Shown: positions 10,204 through 21,742, numbered from the stretch's first letter. The stretch: DNA of 64,000 nt from an uncultured candidate division Zixibacteria bacterium (GCA_963702205.1 OY969724.1:960001-1024000); one strand, 5' to 3'. Program-made: numbers and translations. Notes: a model not told the origin generated them from the sequence alone.

Positions 10204-11147
10204 TTCAACGATTTTATATACGCAATTAAAGCGTCGATTTGCTTATCTTTTAACAGCCCCTGATAGGTCGGCATGACCGGGTCATATCCGGCGACCACGT
10301 CGGCCTGCGGCTCGAGTATCGATTTTCTTATGTAATTTTCATCCATGGTGATCGTCGCACCCCTCTTTAGGACCACGGGGTTGCCGAAGGCACCGTTCAG
10401 CGGCGGGCCGGTTATCCTGATCCCTTCGGTGCTGTGACAGGTGACACAAGCCTTGGACTTGAAAAGCTGCTCGCCGAGCTTTTCGGGCGGTATTCCCTCA
10501 CCGCCGGCGGAGCCCTCTTCCAGCCACGCCTCGTATTCACGCTGGGATACGACTTTCACCTTGCCGATCATCTTGGAGTGGCCGTCGCCGCAAAATTCCG
10601 CGCAAAACAGATTGTGCTCGCCCGGCTCTTTGGCTTCGAACCAGGTGACCGAATAGCGGTTGGGCAGGACGTCCATCTTGGTCCTGAAATCAGGCACAAA
10701 GAAGCTGTGGATAACGTCCCTGGACGACATCAGGAGTTTGATCGGTTTGTTGTCGGGCACGACCAATTCGTTGACGGTCGAGACCCCTTCGGGATAATCG
10801 AAGGACCAGAACCATTTCTGGCCCGTGACTTTTATTTCCATCGCGTCTTTGGGCACGACGTTCATCTTCATAAAGACATGAAACCCCCAGAAGAAACAGA
10901 TCATGACCAGGATGGTCGGTATAATCGACCAGAGCAGTTCGAGTGTGATATTTTGCGTTATGGCCGGTGTGGTGGCTTCTTCGGCCTGCTTCGTATGGCG
11001 ATAGCGGATGGCGAAATACAGCATCAAAAACAGGACGATGCAGAAAATAATAATCGCCGCATAAACTATATAATAAAAAATGCTGTCAACGTCCCCCGCG
11101 AGGGTCGAAGCCTCGGGAGGCATAAATAATGTTCCAACGGTATCCAT
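10200..11147 (-). CDS. ctaC: Cytochrome c oxidase subunit II with fused cytochrome c (caa3 type)
   Basis: DVIHS and [12 protein letters not shown]uA site; C-terminal CVTCH..MP heme c. Confidence 0.97.
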   Translation of the reverse strand: MDTVGTLFMPPEASTLAGDVDSIFYYIVYAAIIIFCIVLFLMLYFAIRYRHTKQAEEATTPAITQNITLELLWSIIPTILVMICFFWGFHVFMKMNVVPKDAMEIKVTGQKWFWSFDYPEGVSTVNELVVPDNKPIKLLMSSRDVIHSFFVPDFRTKMDVLPNRYSVTWFEAKEPGEHNLFCAEFCGDGHSKMIGKVKVVSQREYEAWLEEGSAGGEGIPPEKLGEQLFKSKACVTCHSTEGIRITGPPLNGAFGNPVVLKRGATITMDENYIRKSILEPQADVVAGYDPVMPTYQGLLKDKQIDALIAYIKSLK

Positions 11148-11186
11148 TAAATAAAGACTAATCCGGTTTTGTTTTGTAATAAAGCG

Positions 11187-12008
11187 CTAATTAAGACTGA
11201 TTTGTTCCCGGTTTTTTTTGTGTTTTCCCCGGATAAATAAGAAACCTACGAATACCGCCAGAATGACCATTGTTATCAGACCACCCACCCGCATAAGCCG
11301 TTCCGCGAAAAGAGAATAGCCTCCCGTCTGAGGGTCAAAATGATAACAATAAAGCAGTATTTTGTCGACCGTATCTCCGATTTTCCCCTGCGACGCCTCC
11401 AGCAGTGCCAGCCTCAAGTCCCTGGGGTTGAACTGGATACCATACATATAGCGGGAAATCGTCCCGTCGGGTGCTAAAATCGTAATCAGAGCCGGATGCG
11501 CAAACTGCTGAGTTTTCGTATCATAATAATATTCGAATCCGACCGCTTTAGCCAGCGTGCGGGCATTGTCTCCCCCGCCGGTGAGAAACATCCAGCTGCT
11601 TTCGGGAGCTTCTTTTTTAAGACTGGCCATGTAATTTTTCTTCTTGGCGGCGGCTATGACGGGAGTATCGGACGAATCTATACTGACATTGACAATCGTG
11701 AAGTCCTTGCCCGGTTCCAGCGGCATACCGTTGACCGCGTCGCGGACGCCGTTAAAGACAAGATTGCAAAGCATCGGGCAGGTATAATAGCCCAGAATCA
11801 GAACTACCGGTTTGTCTTTATTGAGATAGTCGCCAATCGCGACCTGATTCTCATGGTCATCGGTGAAGGTCAGGTCCGTGGGGATCTTCTGCCCTTGATG
11901 CTCGTCGACGTTGACTTTCTTCAGTTCGTTGGGGGTATCCGTGATCCGCTGGGCATAGCCGTGGGTCGGGGAGATCGAAATAATCGCAATGGAAAGGAGA
12001 AGCAACAC
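11187..12008 (-). CDS. SCO-family protein associated with ACIII/oxidase operons (start uncertain)
   Basis: YYTCPMLC, FAHP and LLYCYHFDP motifs, C-terminal TM; GTG 12008 is the first start after the actG stop. Confidence 0.88.
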   Translation of the reverse strand: MLLLLSIAIISISPTHGYAQRITDTPNELKKVNVDEHQGQKIPTDLTFTDDHENQVAIGDYLNKDKPVVLILGYYTCPMLCNLVFNGVRDAVNGMPLEPGKDFTIVNVSIDSSDTPVIAAAKKKNYMASLKKEAPESSWMFLTGGGDNARTLAKAVGFEYYYDTKTQQFAHPALITILAPDGTISRYMYGIQFNPRDLRLALLEASQGKIGDTVDKILLYCYHFDPQTGGYSLFAERLMRVGGLITMVILAVFVGFLFIRGKHKKNREQISLN

Positions 12009-12015
12009 CAGAATC

Positions 12016-12339
12016 TTATTTGTTTCTCTCGCGATAAGCTTCGTCGGCCAGAAGTTTCTTGGCGCGTTCGATCGGTATTCTGTAAATTCCCTTGTCTGCA
12101 TCCAAAAGCTTGTAAGTCGTCAGTCCTTCATTCTCCCGGGCGTGCAGCTCGCGAAGCGTGACCGATTGGGGTTTCAGGACTTCATCATAAACGGTATCGT
12201 TTCTGACTGTCTTAAAATAGTCCAGCAAAAAGACCAAAATAATGACAATCGTTATGACCCCGAGAACAAAGAAAAGGATGACTTTGTTCACATTGATATC
12301 GGCTTTTTCGTAACCGCCGTGTTGATCCGTAGATGACAT
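12016..12339 (-). CDS. Small single-TM protein, ActG-like
   Basis: YEKAD..TM..RIPIERA pattern; follows actF. Confidence 0.7.
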   Translation of the reverse strand: MSSTDQHGGYEKADINVNKVILFFVLGVITIVIILVFLLDYFKTVRNDTVYDEVLKPQSVTLRELHARENEGLTTYKLLDADKGIYRIPIERAKKLLADEAYRERNK

Positions 12340-12344
12340 GGTCT

Positions 12345-13529
12345 TTAAAAGCTCACAAGTTTTTTGGATTCTTCCAATCCGGGGTCATTGATCGGCAGCA
12401 AAGGCAGCGCCCGGACGCGTTTCCAAAAATACCAGACGAATATTCCGCCAATGCCCATCATCGGAGCGACGTCGATCCAGGAAAATTTTACGGCATCGTG
12501 ATGCAGGTTGGGCATAATTACCCAGTACAGGTCGACCCAGTGCATCAGCAGAATCCAGATCGACATAACCAGCATAATCGGTCGATTGCGTTTGGTGCCG
12601 AAAGGAAAGAGAACGAAAAACGGGATCGTAAACAGCCCGAATACTATCAGGAGCGAAACATATTGCCAGCCGTTCTGCCAGCGGTCCAGAAACCAGACCG
12701 TCTCTTCGGGTATGTTGCCGTACCAGATCAGCAGGTACTGAGAGAAAGCCATATATCCCCAGAAAATGATAAAAGCGAACATCAGTTTGCCCACGTCGTG
12801 CCAGTGCTCTTTGGTGATCGTCCCGCGCATGACGCCGGTGCCGTCGAAATAGATTACAAAGAGCATCAAAAAGGCCAGCATGGCCAAAAAGGCCCCGGAG
12901 AAAAAATAAACGCCGAAAATGGTCGAGTACCAGTGCGCATCGAGCGACATCAGCCAGTCAAACGAAGCGAAGGTCAGCGTGAAGGCGAACAGGATCATCC
13001 CGGGGGCACTGGCCACGCGCATTTTCTTGAAGAGACCCACGTCGGGGGAGCTGTCCTGAGTCAGCGACAAGCGGAATAAATATCTTGCCAGAAAAATCCA
13101 GACCGCGAAATAGATCACGGCTCTGATTACAAAAAACGGAGTGTTCAAAAACGGTGCTTTGCCCTGCAATAGCGGATCGTGAGCGACCACTTCCGGGTGG
13201 CTCCAGTGAAACAGGTCTTTGATACCGAACAAAACCGGGATCGCAAAGATTGCCATAATGGGTATACAAATCATGATATTTTCGCCCAGCCGCCGCACGA
13301 CCACACTCCACTTGGCACCGACGAGATAATGCAGCATGGTGAAAAAGAGACCGCCCAGCCCGATCGACAGCCAGAAGACGAAAGCCGTCAGATACGAAAA
13401 ATTAAACTGCGTGCGGTCGACAAAGTACGCGGCGACGGTGAAAGCCAGTCCGATAATGCCGAGTATCAGGGCAATCTGCCCGACCCGGCCGTCCTCGGTG
13501 ATGCGATATGTCTTTATATCGATCTTCAT
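12345..13529 (-). CDS. actF: Alternative complex III subunit ActF
   Basis: ~10 TM; DWLMSL..WYST, FSQYLLIWYGNIPEE and DLYW motifs. Confidence 0.93.
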   Translation of the reverse strand: MKIDIKTYRITEDGRVGQIALILGIIGLAFTVAAYFVDRTQFNFSYLTAFVFWLSIGLGGLFFTMLHYLVGAKWSVVVRRLGENIMICIPIMAIFAIPVLFGIKDLFHWSHPEVVAHDPLLQGKAPFLNTPFFVIRAVIYFAVWIFLARYLFRLSLTQDSSPDVGLFKKMRVASAPGMILFAFTLTFASFDWLMSLDAHWYSTIFGVYFFSGAFLAMLAFLMLFVIYFDGTGVMRGTITKEHWHDVGKLMFAFIIFWGYMAFSQYLLIWYGNIPEETVWFLDRWQNGWQYVSLLIVFGLFTIPFFVLFPFGTKRNRPIMLVMSIWILLMHWVDLYWVIMPNLHHDAVKFSWIDVAPMMGIGGIFVWYFWKRVRALPLLPINDPGLEESKKLVSF

Positions 13530-14164
13530 TGCGATTTCACTTTCTCGCGCATTTCTTCGGGAATGTCTTTAATGGTCGCTTCCTGACTTCTCTGCAGCGC
13601 TCGGATATAAGCGATAATCGCCCAGCGATCTGCGGGCGGAACCTGATAACGATAGGCGGGCATATTGCGAATGCCGTGCGTGATCACATCGAAAATCTGG
13701 CCGTCGGGCATCTGCCGGATACGATCTATGTGGAAGCTCGGCGGTGGCACATAGCCCCGGCTGACCATAATACCCTTGCCGTCGCCGAGACGGCTGTGGC
13801 ACGGGGAACAATAAATATTGAATCTCTGCTCGCCGCGGTTCAAAAGCTGCATCGTTATCTCGACCGGCATTTTCTTGATAAATTCGCCTTTTGAGTTCAT
13901 CCCCCGGAAAAAGGCGTCGTCGTTGCGAAGGTTTTCTCGTGAGACCGTACCATCGACCGGCACCCGCATATTGGAGCCGTTGGCGAAAAACTTGCTTTCG
14001 CCCTGGGCGAGATATTTCTCCTGGATGTCCATATTGGGATTCAGATGAATCGGTGTCCGTTCCGATTGCTGACCTCGGGAGCAGCCGATAGCCGAAATCA
14101 ACAGCATCGCCAGCAATACCGGAATAAATCCGCCGGCCCGATATTTGTGCAAAATCCAGTTCAT
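13526..14164 (-). CDS. actE: Alternative complex III monoheme cytochrome c lipoprotein ActE
   Basis: Lipobox AIGC, CSPCH and DRWAIIAYIRALQ. Confidence 0.93.
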   Translation of the reverse strand: MNWILHKYRAGGFIPVLLAMLLISAIGCSRGQQSERTPIHLNPNMDIQEKYLAQGESKFFANGSNMRVPVDGTVSRENLRNDDAFFRGMNSKGEFIKKMPVEITMQLLNRGEQRFNIYCSPCHSRLGDGKGIMVSRGYVPPPSFHIDRIRQMPDGQIFDVITHGIRNMPAYRYQVPPADRWAIIAYIRALQRSQEATIKDIPEEMREKVKSQ

Positions 14165-14709
14165 TCGCCTTCGAGTATCTCTATATTTTTTCCGCCGGAC
14201 TGCTCCAGCAGAGATTTGGTTTGATCGATACGGAAATTTTTATCATCGGCTTCGACGCTTATAAAAAAGCTGTCGTTGCTGAACCGAGCGAAGCGGTCCG
14301 AATAAAAAACCGGGTGATGAAAACGCGGCAGACCGTTGAGCGCCAGCATGCCGATCAAAGCCGTCCCCGCCGACAGCACGACACCAAGCGCGAAAGTAAT
14401 CGGTACATACGCCTGAAAACTGAACAAAGGTTTGCCGGAAATGACCAGTGGATAGTCGATGGTACTGGTCCACCACTGCAGGGCTAATGCCCCCGAGGCT
14501 CCGACAAACGCCCCCAGTCCGACCATCCAGCCCAGCGGGGAGCGTTTCAGCCCCATGGCTTTGTCCATGCCGTGTATCGGGAACGGGGAGTGGCAGTCGA
14601 ATTTCTTGTAGCCGGCGTCGCGGAGTATTGCGGCCGCCTTCATCAAGGCCCCCGGTGTTTCGAATTCGGCCAGGATTGCCTGCGTCTTTTTAACGATTTC
14701 GCTATTCAT
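14161..14709 (-). CDS. actD: Alternative complex III subunit ActD (DUF3341)
   Basis: SPFPIHG and ISGKP motifs, 2 TM; start set at ATG 14709. Confidence 0.92.
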   Translation of the reverse strand: MNSEIVKKTQAILAEFETPGALMKAAAILRDAGYKKFDCHSPFPIHGMDKAMGLKRSPLGWMVGLGAFVGASGALALQWWTSTIDYPLVISGKPLFSFQAYVPITFALGVVLSAGTALIGMLALNGLPRFHHPVFYSDRFARFSNDSFFISVEADDKNFRIDQTKSLLEQSGGKNIEILEGE

Positions 14710-16087
14710 GGCTGACCTCGTCATGAGCAACCCTGGCCTGCGGCATGACGCCCTTTATTTCAGACATGGCAATCATCGGCAAAAATCTTATAAACAGTAA
14801 AAAGAGCGTGAAGAACAGCCCGAATGTCCCGGCAAAGGTCATGATATCCCAAATGGTCGGTTTATAGTACGCCCAGCTCGACGGCAGAAAGTCGTTGGCC
14901 AGCGAGGAGACCACGATGACGAATCTTTCGAACCACATCCCGACGTTTATCAAAATCGAGGCGATAAACATCACGGGTACCGACCGGCGCAGTTTCTTGA
15001 ACCAGAAAATTTGCGGGACCAGGACGTTGCACGAGACCATGATCCAGTAGCCCCAGGCGTACGGCCCGGTGGCGCGGTTGATGGACATGAACTGTTCGTA
15101 TAAATTGCCGCTGTACCATGACGTGAAAAACTCGACGATATAGGAATAACCGACCATCATGCCGGTCAAAAGCATAATCTTGTTCATTTTTTCCAGATGG
15201 TTTACCGTGATGAAATCTTCGAGGTGGTAAATTTTGCGGGCGATGACGCTCAGTGTGACGACCATCGCGAACCCGGAGAAAATGGCCCCGGCCACGAAGT
15301 ACGGCGGAAATATAGTCGTGTGCCAGCCGGGCAGGATGCTCACCGCGAAGTCGGTACTAACCACCGAGTGCACCGACAGCACGAGCGGAGTGGAAATCCC
15401 CGCCAGAAGCAGATAAGCCAGTTCGTAGTGCCGCCACTGACGGTTCCCGCCCCGCCAGCCCAGCGCGAGGAAGCCGAAAATGAACTTTTTGACTTTGGTA
15501 ACCGCCCGGTCGCGGAACGTCGCGAGATCGGGGATCAATCCCGTAAACCAGAAAACCAGCGAGGCAAAGAAGTATGTACTGACCGCGAAAACGTCCCACA
15601 ACAGCGGACTGCGAAAATTCGGCCAGATATTCATCTGGTTGGGCACGGGGAATACCCAGTAGACGACCCAGGCGCGGCCGACGTGTATCGCCGGAAATAT
15701 CAGGGCACACAGCACCGCGAACAGGGTCATGGCTTCAGCGAAGCGGTTGATCGACGTCCGCCAGCGCTGCCGCAGCAAAAACAGAATAGCCGAGATAAGT
15801 GTCCCGGCGTGGCCGATACCGACCCACCAGACAAAATTTATGATAGCCCAGCCCCAGCCGACCGGATTGTTGACGCCCCAGATGCCGATACCTTCATAAA
15901 CCAGGTAACCGATCGAACCGACCAGCACCAGGAGTAACGAGAAAGCGGCGGCGAAAGCCAGGTACCACCATCTTCCCTGTTTCTTTTCCGTGATGCCGGA
16001 GATATGGTCTGTGACGGTGGCAAAAGTATGATTCCCCGCGACGAGCGGCGGTTCGGCGAGACCGGCTATGTTTTCGGGCGTACTCAC
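14702..16087 (-). CDS. actC: Alternative complex III NrfD-family subunit ActC
   Basis: [21 protein letters not shown] and GMWFERF motifs. Confidence 0.96.
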   Translation of the reverse strand: MSTPENIAGLAEPPLVAGNHTFATVTDHISGITEKKQGRWWYLAFAAAFSLLLVLVGSIGYLVYEGIGIWGVNNPVGWGWAIINFVWWVGIGHAGTLISAILFLLRQRWRTSINRFAEAMTLFAVLCALIFPAIHVGRAWVVYWVFPVPNQMNIWPNFRSPLLWDVFAVSTYFFASLVFWFTGLIPDLATFRDRAVTKVKKFIFGFLALGWRGGNRQWRHYELAYLLLAGISTPLVLSVHSVVSTDFAVSILPGWHTTIFPPYFVAGAIFSGFAMVVTLSVIARKIYHLEDFITVNHLEKMNKIMLLTGMMVGYSYIVEFFTSWYSGNLYEQFMSINRATGPYAWGYWIMVSCNVLVPQIFWFKKLRRSVPVMFIASILINVGMWFERFVIVVSSLANDFLPSSWAYYKPTIWDIMTFAGTFGLFFTLFLLFIRFLPMIAMSEIKGVMPQARVAHDEVSHE

Positions 16088-16096
16088 TCTATATCT

Positions 16097-19060
16097 TTAT
16101 CCGTCATTTGATTGTTCGCTCGTTTCCGGTTTCAAAGCCGGGTTGGGATTTCTAATCTTGGCCAGGTACGTGTTACGCGGTTTGGTCATGAATTCCGACA
16201 GCAGGGCGTACGATCTCGGCTTTTTCTTGAGTTCAGTTACTTTGCTTTCTTTGTCGTTGATATTGCCGAAACTAATGGCCCGGGTCGGGCAGGCCTGTTG
16301 ACAGGCGGTCATAAACTCGCCGTCGTGCAGGGTACGGTCTTCCTTTTTGGCCTTTTGTTTGTTGCGGTTGATTCTCTGTATGCAGAAAGTGCATTTCTCC
16401 ATCACGCCGCGAAAACGCATGGTTACGTCCGGATTCTGCGCCATTTGAATCGTCTCGGGAAGATTGTTGGTATAGTTGAAGAAGTTAAACCGCCGCACCT
16501 TATACGGACAGTTGTTGGAGCAATAGCGTGTTCCGATACAGCGGTTGTAGGTCATCATGTTGAGACCCTCTTCGCTGTGCGACGTTGCCGCTACCGGACA
16601 GACCGATTCGCACGGCGCGTTTTCGCACTGCTGGCAGGGCATCGGCATGTGCACCATCCTGGGGTCTTCTTCCTCACCCACAAAATACCGGTCGAGCCGT
16701 ATCCAGTGCATTTCCCGCCCGTTGGAAACCTGCTCTTTACCCACCACCTGTATGTTGTTTTCGCTCTGGCACGCGATAGTACAGGCGTTGCAGCCGATAC
16801 AACGGTTCAGGTCGATAACCATGCCCCACTGGTAACCTTTGGAATAGTCAAATTTGGGATAGATCGATTTCAACGCCGGATGCTCGACCATCTCATGGGC
16901 GAACTGCGGATTCTTTTCATATTCCTCAAGGTCGGCCTCGCGCACGATCGGTCGCCCGGCCATGGTTCCGTGGTCCTGAGTGTTGGCCATATCGTACTTA
17001 CGGCCGGTTTTCTTTAGTGTCGCACCGTCGCCATAATAAATGTTATTCAGGGTTCTCAGCTTGTATGTGTCAAAGCCGACCCCGTCGGCCACCCGGCCGA
17101 TATTTTCGCGGCCGTAGCCGAGCGACAGCATTAAATAATTATCCGCCAGGCCCGGTGTGATCCAGACCGGTATTTCCAGTGAATTGCCGGAATAATCTAT
17201 TTGCACTACGTCGGAATTGGCCAGGTCCATCTTCTTCGCGGTCGCGGGGCTAATCAGGGCCGGATTGTCCCACGAGAGTTTGCTTATGGGATCGGGCACT
17301 TCCTGCATCCAGCCGTTGTTGGACATAAGACCGTCATAGGTTTGCATCGACGGGTAAAAGCCGATTTCAACGTTTTGAGAAACTTTGATTTCAGACGGTA
17401 CCGACGGTTTGTCGCTCAATATCTTTATCGGTTCGGGCCCGGTTTTTGTCCCGGTGAAATAGCCGTCGTGCAAAACCTGATTCCACTCTTTATCGAAATT
17501 ATTGACGTCGAGTGAATATTTCCACGTTTCTTTGACTATGTCATACCCGCGTTTATCCAGCCCGGTCGTCAATAAAGACAAGAACTCGCAATCGCCGCGT
17601 GAGGCATAAAGCGGCTCGATCATCGGTTGTATGATACCGGTTGTACCGTTAAAAGCTATCGTATCGCCCCAACTTTCGAGGAAATGCGAGCGCGGAACGT
17701 GCCAGGTCGCGAGGCATCCGGTTTCATCGTACATCTCGCCGAAGTGAATTGTTGTAGCGATTTTATCAAGAACCGAGGCAAATTTCAAATCCGATGGTGC
17801 ATTATATACGGGATTGCCGCCGAATATGACCAGGGTATTGATTTTTCCGTCTTTGGCGGCATCGACCAGTGCCTTTAGACCCGTCGACTTGCCTATCGCC
17901 GTATTGTCGGTCCTGTAAAAGTCAACCGTGATGTCGATCGCACCGAGGGCCCGGTTGACCAAAAGGGCCAGCTCGTGCACCCAGACCGGCTGGCGGCGAC
18001 CCGCCACGACCACCGCGTGACCTTTGGCTTTGATCAGATCGTCTGATACGGTATCAATCCAGTGCTTGTCAAATGTAATATCGTACTGTGAATTTATATT
18101 CGGGATCGACAGGCCTTTCGATTTCAGGACGGCGGCGAGCTCTATAAGAAACGCGCCGATCTGCGATGAGGGCAGGCGGTAGCGGTGATCGGCCGACGCC
18201 CCGGTCACGGAGTACGTGCTTTCGACCACGTACAGGCGGTTCATCGCCTCGGTTTCTTCGATATCGCGTCGTTTGGCGAAATCGAATGCGGCTTTGATAT
18301 GTTCGGCTTCGGTTTGAAGGAAGTCCGAGTCGAGCGATAAAATTATGTCGGCTTTGTCATAATGATAAATAGGCCGGACAGTACGCCCGGTTATGTTTTC
18401 GGCCGCTTTGAAAATATTTTCGTCGCTTATGGGCTCATAAACCACCCATCGGGCGTTCGGGAACGTCTTGTCGAATTGACTTTTCAGGCGCTTTAGCGTC
18501 GGCGATGAAAACGGCTCGGATAAAATCGCCAGGCCTTCGCCCTTGTTCTGCTTGAACTGATCGAACTGCTTACGATAGAAAGCGACAAAATCGAGATATT
18601 TGGACAGCTCGCCTTTCTGCCTCGTCGTTTGCGAACGATCAGGATCGTACATATTTAAAATGGTCGACTGGGCGAAAACATCGGTTCCGCCGGGGGTCGA
18701 CGGGTGATCGTAATTGGCTTCGATTTTGGTCGGCCGTCCTTCGTGACATTCGACAATCAAACCGTAAGCCGACCCGCCAAACGGCATGGTCGTGGCGTAG
18801 TGCATCGGCACGCCGGGAATGACGCTTTCGGGCTGGGTCACATAGGGGACAATTTTCTCTATCGGGCGGCGGCATCCGGCCATCGAGGCCAGTGCGACCG
18901 AGGCTCCCATGATCCCCAGAAAGTGACGTCGGCTCCAGCGGTTGTCGATGTCCGAGGGATCATAGTGCGGCAAATCGCTTTTATCGACTTTGGTCAGTCC
19001 GGCTTTATGTTCCGGTGAGCGCCAGTGTATTTTTTCTTTTTTATCCAAAACTTTTCTCAT
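16097..19060 (-). CDS. actB: Alternative complex III subunit ActB (molybdopterin-oxidoreductase-like plus Fe-S domains)
   Basis: Tat motif SRRHFL and MAGC; CIGCNAC, CQQC, CIGTRYC and CTFC clusters; ATGA overlap with actA. Confidence 0.96.
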   Translation of the reverse strand: MRKVLDKKEKIHWRSPEHKAGLTKVDKSDLPHYDPSDIDNRWSRRHFLGIMGASVALASMAGCRRPIEKIVPYVTQPESVIPGVPMHYATTMPFGGSAYGLIVECHEGRPTKIEANYDHPSTPGGTDVFAQSTILNMYDPDRSQTTRQKGELSKYLDFVAFYRKQFDQFKQNKGEGLAILSEPFSSPTLKRLKSQFDKTFPNARWVVYEPISDENIFKAAENITGRTVRPIYHYDKADIILSLDSDFLQTEAEHIKAAFDFAKRRDIEETEAMNRLYVVESTYSVTGASADHRYRLPSSQIGAFLIELAAVLKSKGLSIPNINSQYDITFDKHWIDTVSDDLIKAKGHAVVVAGRRQPVWVHELALLVNRALGAIDITVDFYRTDNTAIGKSTGLKALVDAAKDGKINTLVIFGGNPVYNAPSDLKFASVLDKIATTIHFGEMYDETGCLATWHVPRSHFLESWGDTIAFNGTTGIIQPMIEPLYASRGDCEFLSLLTTGLDKRGYDIVKETWKYSLDVNNFDKEWNQVLHDGYFTGTKTGPEPIKILSDKPSVPSEIKVSQNVEIGFYPSMQTYDGLMSNNGWMQEVPDPISKLSWDNPALISPATAKKMDLANSDVVQIDYSGNSLEIPVWITPGLADNYLMLSLGYGRENIGRVADGVGFDTYKLRTLNNIYYGDGATLKKTGRKYDMANTQDHGTMAGRPIVREADLEEYEKNPQFAHEMVEHPALKSIYPKFDYSKGYQWGMVIDLNRCIGCNACTIACQSENNIQVVGKEQVSNGREMHWIRLDRYFVGEEEDPRMVHMPMPCQQCENAPCESVCPVAATSHSEEGLNMMTYNRCIGTRYCSNNCPYKVRRFNFFNYTNNLPETIQMAQNPDVTMRFRGVMEKCTFCIQRINRNKQKAKKEDRTLHDGEFMTACQQACPTRAISFGNINDKESKVTELKKKPRSYALLSEFMTKPRNTYLAKIRNPNPALKPETSEQSNDG

Positions 19061-19710
19061 CGGTGACAGGTGGAACAATTTTCCGAAGGGTTTACATCAT
19101 GATCCCGCCGGAAATTTTTCGCGAATTTCAACTGCTCTTCGCGCGGCGGCGGGACATATTCCATATTGGTTACTTCCGAAGTCGGTCTCAAGTGCATATC
19201 CGGGTTACGGTGGCAGTCGAGACACCACGACATCGACAGCGGCTTGACCTGATGCACGCGCTCCATCTGGTCGATCCGTCCGTGACATTCGACACACCCC
19301 ACGCCGGCCCGAAGATGAGCGCTGTGGTCGAAATAGGCGTATTCGCCTATTTTGTGCACCCGCACCCATTTGATGGGAATATTGTTGGCGAAACTTTCGC
19401 GCACCGGCAGAAGTTTTTCGCTTTCCGGAAGAATTATCTTGTGGCAATTCATGCAGACCGAAGTCGCCGGGACATTGGCGTCGCGCGATTTTTCCACGTC
19501 GAAATGGCAGTACCGACAATCCATACCCAGGTCACCGGCGTGGAGCTTGTGGCTGTACGGCACCGGCTGAACCGGGGCATAACCGACGTCGGTGTACCAC
19601 GGTGAAAAATAGTACCAGACAAACGCTACCGCGGTGCATACGAAGACGACCGATCCGACCGCGATAATAGCAGGTATATTGTTAGCCCACTTGGGGAAAA
19701 TTTGCGCCAA
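19057..19710 (-). CDS. actA: Alternative complex III pentaheme cytochrome c ActA
   Basis: MAQIF start, one TM, five CxxCH (CRYCH, CMNCH, CVECH, CLDCH, CSTCH). Confidence 0.96.
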   Translation of the reverse strand: MAQIFPKWANNIPAIIAVGSVVFVCTAVAFVWYYFSPWYTDVGYAPVQPVPYSHKLHAGDLGMDCRYCHFDVEKSRDANVPATSVCMNCHKIILPESEKLLPVRESFANNIPIKWVRVHKIGEYAYFDHSAHLRAGVGCVECHGRIDQMERVHQVKPLSMSWCLDCHRNPDMHLRPTSEVTNMEYVPPPREEQLKFAKNFRRDHDVNPSENCSTCHR

Positions 19711-19740
19711 AATTTACTCCTGCCAACCTATATAAGCAGT

Positions 19741-20619
19741 TTAAATGTTCAGGGCAACATAAACCAGCTTGTCAAATACCATAGCACCAAACAGCCCGAA
19801 CAAATAAATGATGGAATATTTGAAAACATCCCAATCGAGTTTTTGTTTCCTGATTTTACGGGCCAGTTGGATTTTATAAATAAAAACTATTCCCAGTACC
19901 GTCGCCGAAACCATATAGACCCAGCCGAAAGCGGTCAGGCCCAGCGCCACCGAAGCTATCAGCAGCGCGACCGCGTAGCGCATCATGCTGTTCAATGTCG
20001 CGACGTCGCCCCGCACGTTCGGCATCATCGGAAGCTCGGCGGAATCATAATCGTCTTTGAACCGCATCGCCAGCGCCCAGAAATGCGGCGGGGTCCACAA
20101 AAATATAATCAGCGACATCAGAGACGGAGTCAGCGCGATTTGCCCGGTCGCGGCCGTCCACGCGCCGAGCGGAGCCATGGCTCCGGCCACGCCGCCGATA
20201 ACAATATTTTGCACCGTCGTCGGTTTCAGTATAATCGTATAGAAAAGGCTGTAAAATATTATCGTCATCGCCGCCAGAACGGCCGTGATGAGATTGAAGG
20301 CCAGATACATGATCGCCACCCCGATAATTCCGATAGCCAGTGAAAAACTTAGCGCCTGTCGGGGGCTTAACTGCCCGGTGGGCAGCGGGCGGCGTCTGGC
20401 CGTGCGGATCATCTTGCTGTCGATCTGCCGCTCCAGATATTGATTCAGGGCGTTGGCTGAACCGCCGGTCAAATACAAGCCTGTCATAAACAAAGCGAAT
20501 TTCAAGGGATCGGTCAGAAAGCTCCCCTGGATTATCAGAGCCGTCGCACCGGCGGTAAGGACCAAAATCATAATCGACGGCTTGGTCAGCCGCCAGAAAT
20601 ATATGGGAAGTTTAGTCAT
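19741..20619 (-). CDS. ctaB: Protoheme IX farnesyltransferase (heme O synthase)
   Basis: LTKP, N..LE..ID.KM.RT..RPLP and WTPPHFWAL; start set at ATG 20619. Confidence 0.95.
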   Translation of the reverse strand: MTKLPIYFWRLTKPSIMILVLTAGATALIIQGSFLTDPLKFALFMTGLYLTGGSANALNQYLERQIDSKMIRTARRRPLPTGQLSPRQALSFSLAIGIIGVAIMYLAFNLITAVLAAMTIIFYSLFYTIILKPTTVQNIVIGGVAGAMAPLGAWTAATGQIALTPSLMSLIIFLWTPPHFWALAMRFKDDYDSAELPMMPNVRGDVATLNSMMRYAVALLIASVALGLTAFGWVYMVSATVLGIVFIYKIQLARKIRKQKLDWDVFKYSIIYLFGLFGAMVFDKLVYVALNI

Positions 20620-20955
20620 GGTAATGCCCAAAATGGAAAAAAAGACCGGCAAAGGCAAGCTATTTCTGTCGATTGCAGCGACTGTTTGTGTCGTAAGTCG
20701 CTGAACCATAATATATTTCGATTGCCGCGCGTTGCCCTGAATCCGAGTTTTCGGGAAATATATCGGGCTGCATGAAGAAGATTTGCCGCTGAAACTGTCA
20801 TCGCTTGATTTTGCTCTGTTGTTAATCCTATCATCCCGGTTGCCATTTGCCCGGACACCTAAAAGTCCGATTTTTAAACACAAGGAAGTTACAACACCAT
20901 TTACGCGGCGTTGTTTCCGATGAATGGAAAAATATCCGGCTGGAAGCGGGTAATA

Positions 20956-21735
20956 TCAGATTTTAAGATCAATCCCGATCGGACAGTGATCGGAACCCTC
21001 GATTTCCGGCAGGATGAAAGCATCCGTCACACTGTTGCCGAGCGCCTTGTTGACAATGAAATAATCTATACGCCAGCCGATGTTTCTTTCCCGGGCGCGA
21101 GTTTTCATATCCCACCAGGTGTACTGCTCCGGTTTGTCGTTGAAAATACGGAGCGTATCGAGAAACCCACGGTCAATCACCTTATCGATCCAGGCGCGCT
21201 CTTCGGGGAGAAACCCGGAGACTTTTTCATTTTCTTTGGGGCGGGCGAGGTCGATTTCCTTGTGGGCCGTGTTGACATCGCCGCAGATGACCACGTTCTG
21301 ACCTTGTTTAGCCCGACTTACGATGACTTTTAAGAAAGCATCGTAAAAGTCCATTTTGTATTTAAGCCGTTCTTTCGACGCCTTACCGTTGGGGAAATAG
21401 ACGTTGAACAGGGTAAACTCGTCGTACTGAGCCTCGAGGACCCGGCCTTCCCCGTCAAACGTTTTATTCCCGAAACCGTACGTTACCTTATTCGGCTTCA
21501 AAGAAGTGTAAATCGCCACTCCGCTGTAGCCTTTCCTTTTCGCCGAGCAGAAGTACGAGGTATAGCCGTCGATATTAACCAGTTCATCGTCGAGCTGTTC
21601 TTTCTGCGCCTTGGTTTCCTGGAGGCACAATATTTCCGGACGCATTTCGGTAAACCAACCCAGCGCGCCTTTGCGCTGGACGGCCCGTATGCCGTTGACA
21701 TTCCACGATATCAGTTTAATCTTCTTGTCGGCCAT
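20956..21735 (-). CDS. xth: Exodeoxyribonuclease III / AP endonuclease
   Basis: SWNVNG, LQETK, GDVN, WRIDY and SDHCP motifs. Confidence 0.97.
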   Translation of the reverse strand: MADKKIKLISWNVNGIRAVQRKGALGWFTEMRPEILCLQETKAQKEQLDDELVNIDGYTSYFCSAKRKGYSGVAIYTSLKPNKVTYGFGNKTFDGEGRVLEAQYDEFTLFNVYFPNGKASKERLKYKMDFYDAFLKVIVSRAKQGQNVVICGDVNTAHKEIDLARPKENEKVSGFLPEERAWIDKVIDRGFLDTLRIFNDKPEQYTWWDMKTRARERNIGWRIDYFIVNKALGNSVTDAFILPEIEGSDHCPIGIDLKI

Positions 21736-21742
21736 ATTAACT

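Noticed and set aside
20620..20883. 88-aa N-terminal extension of heme O synthase in the ORF track
   Set aside because: Family similarity begins at MTKLPIY; the extension is probably promoter DNA
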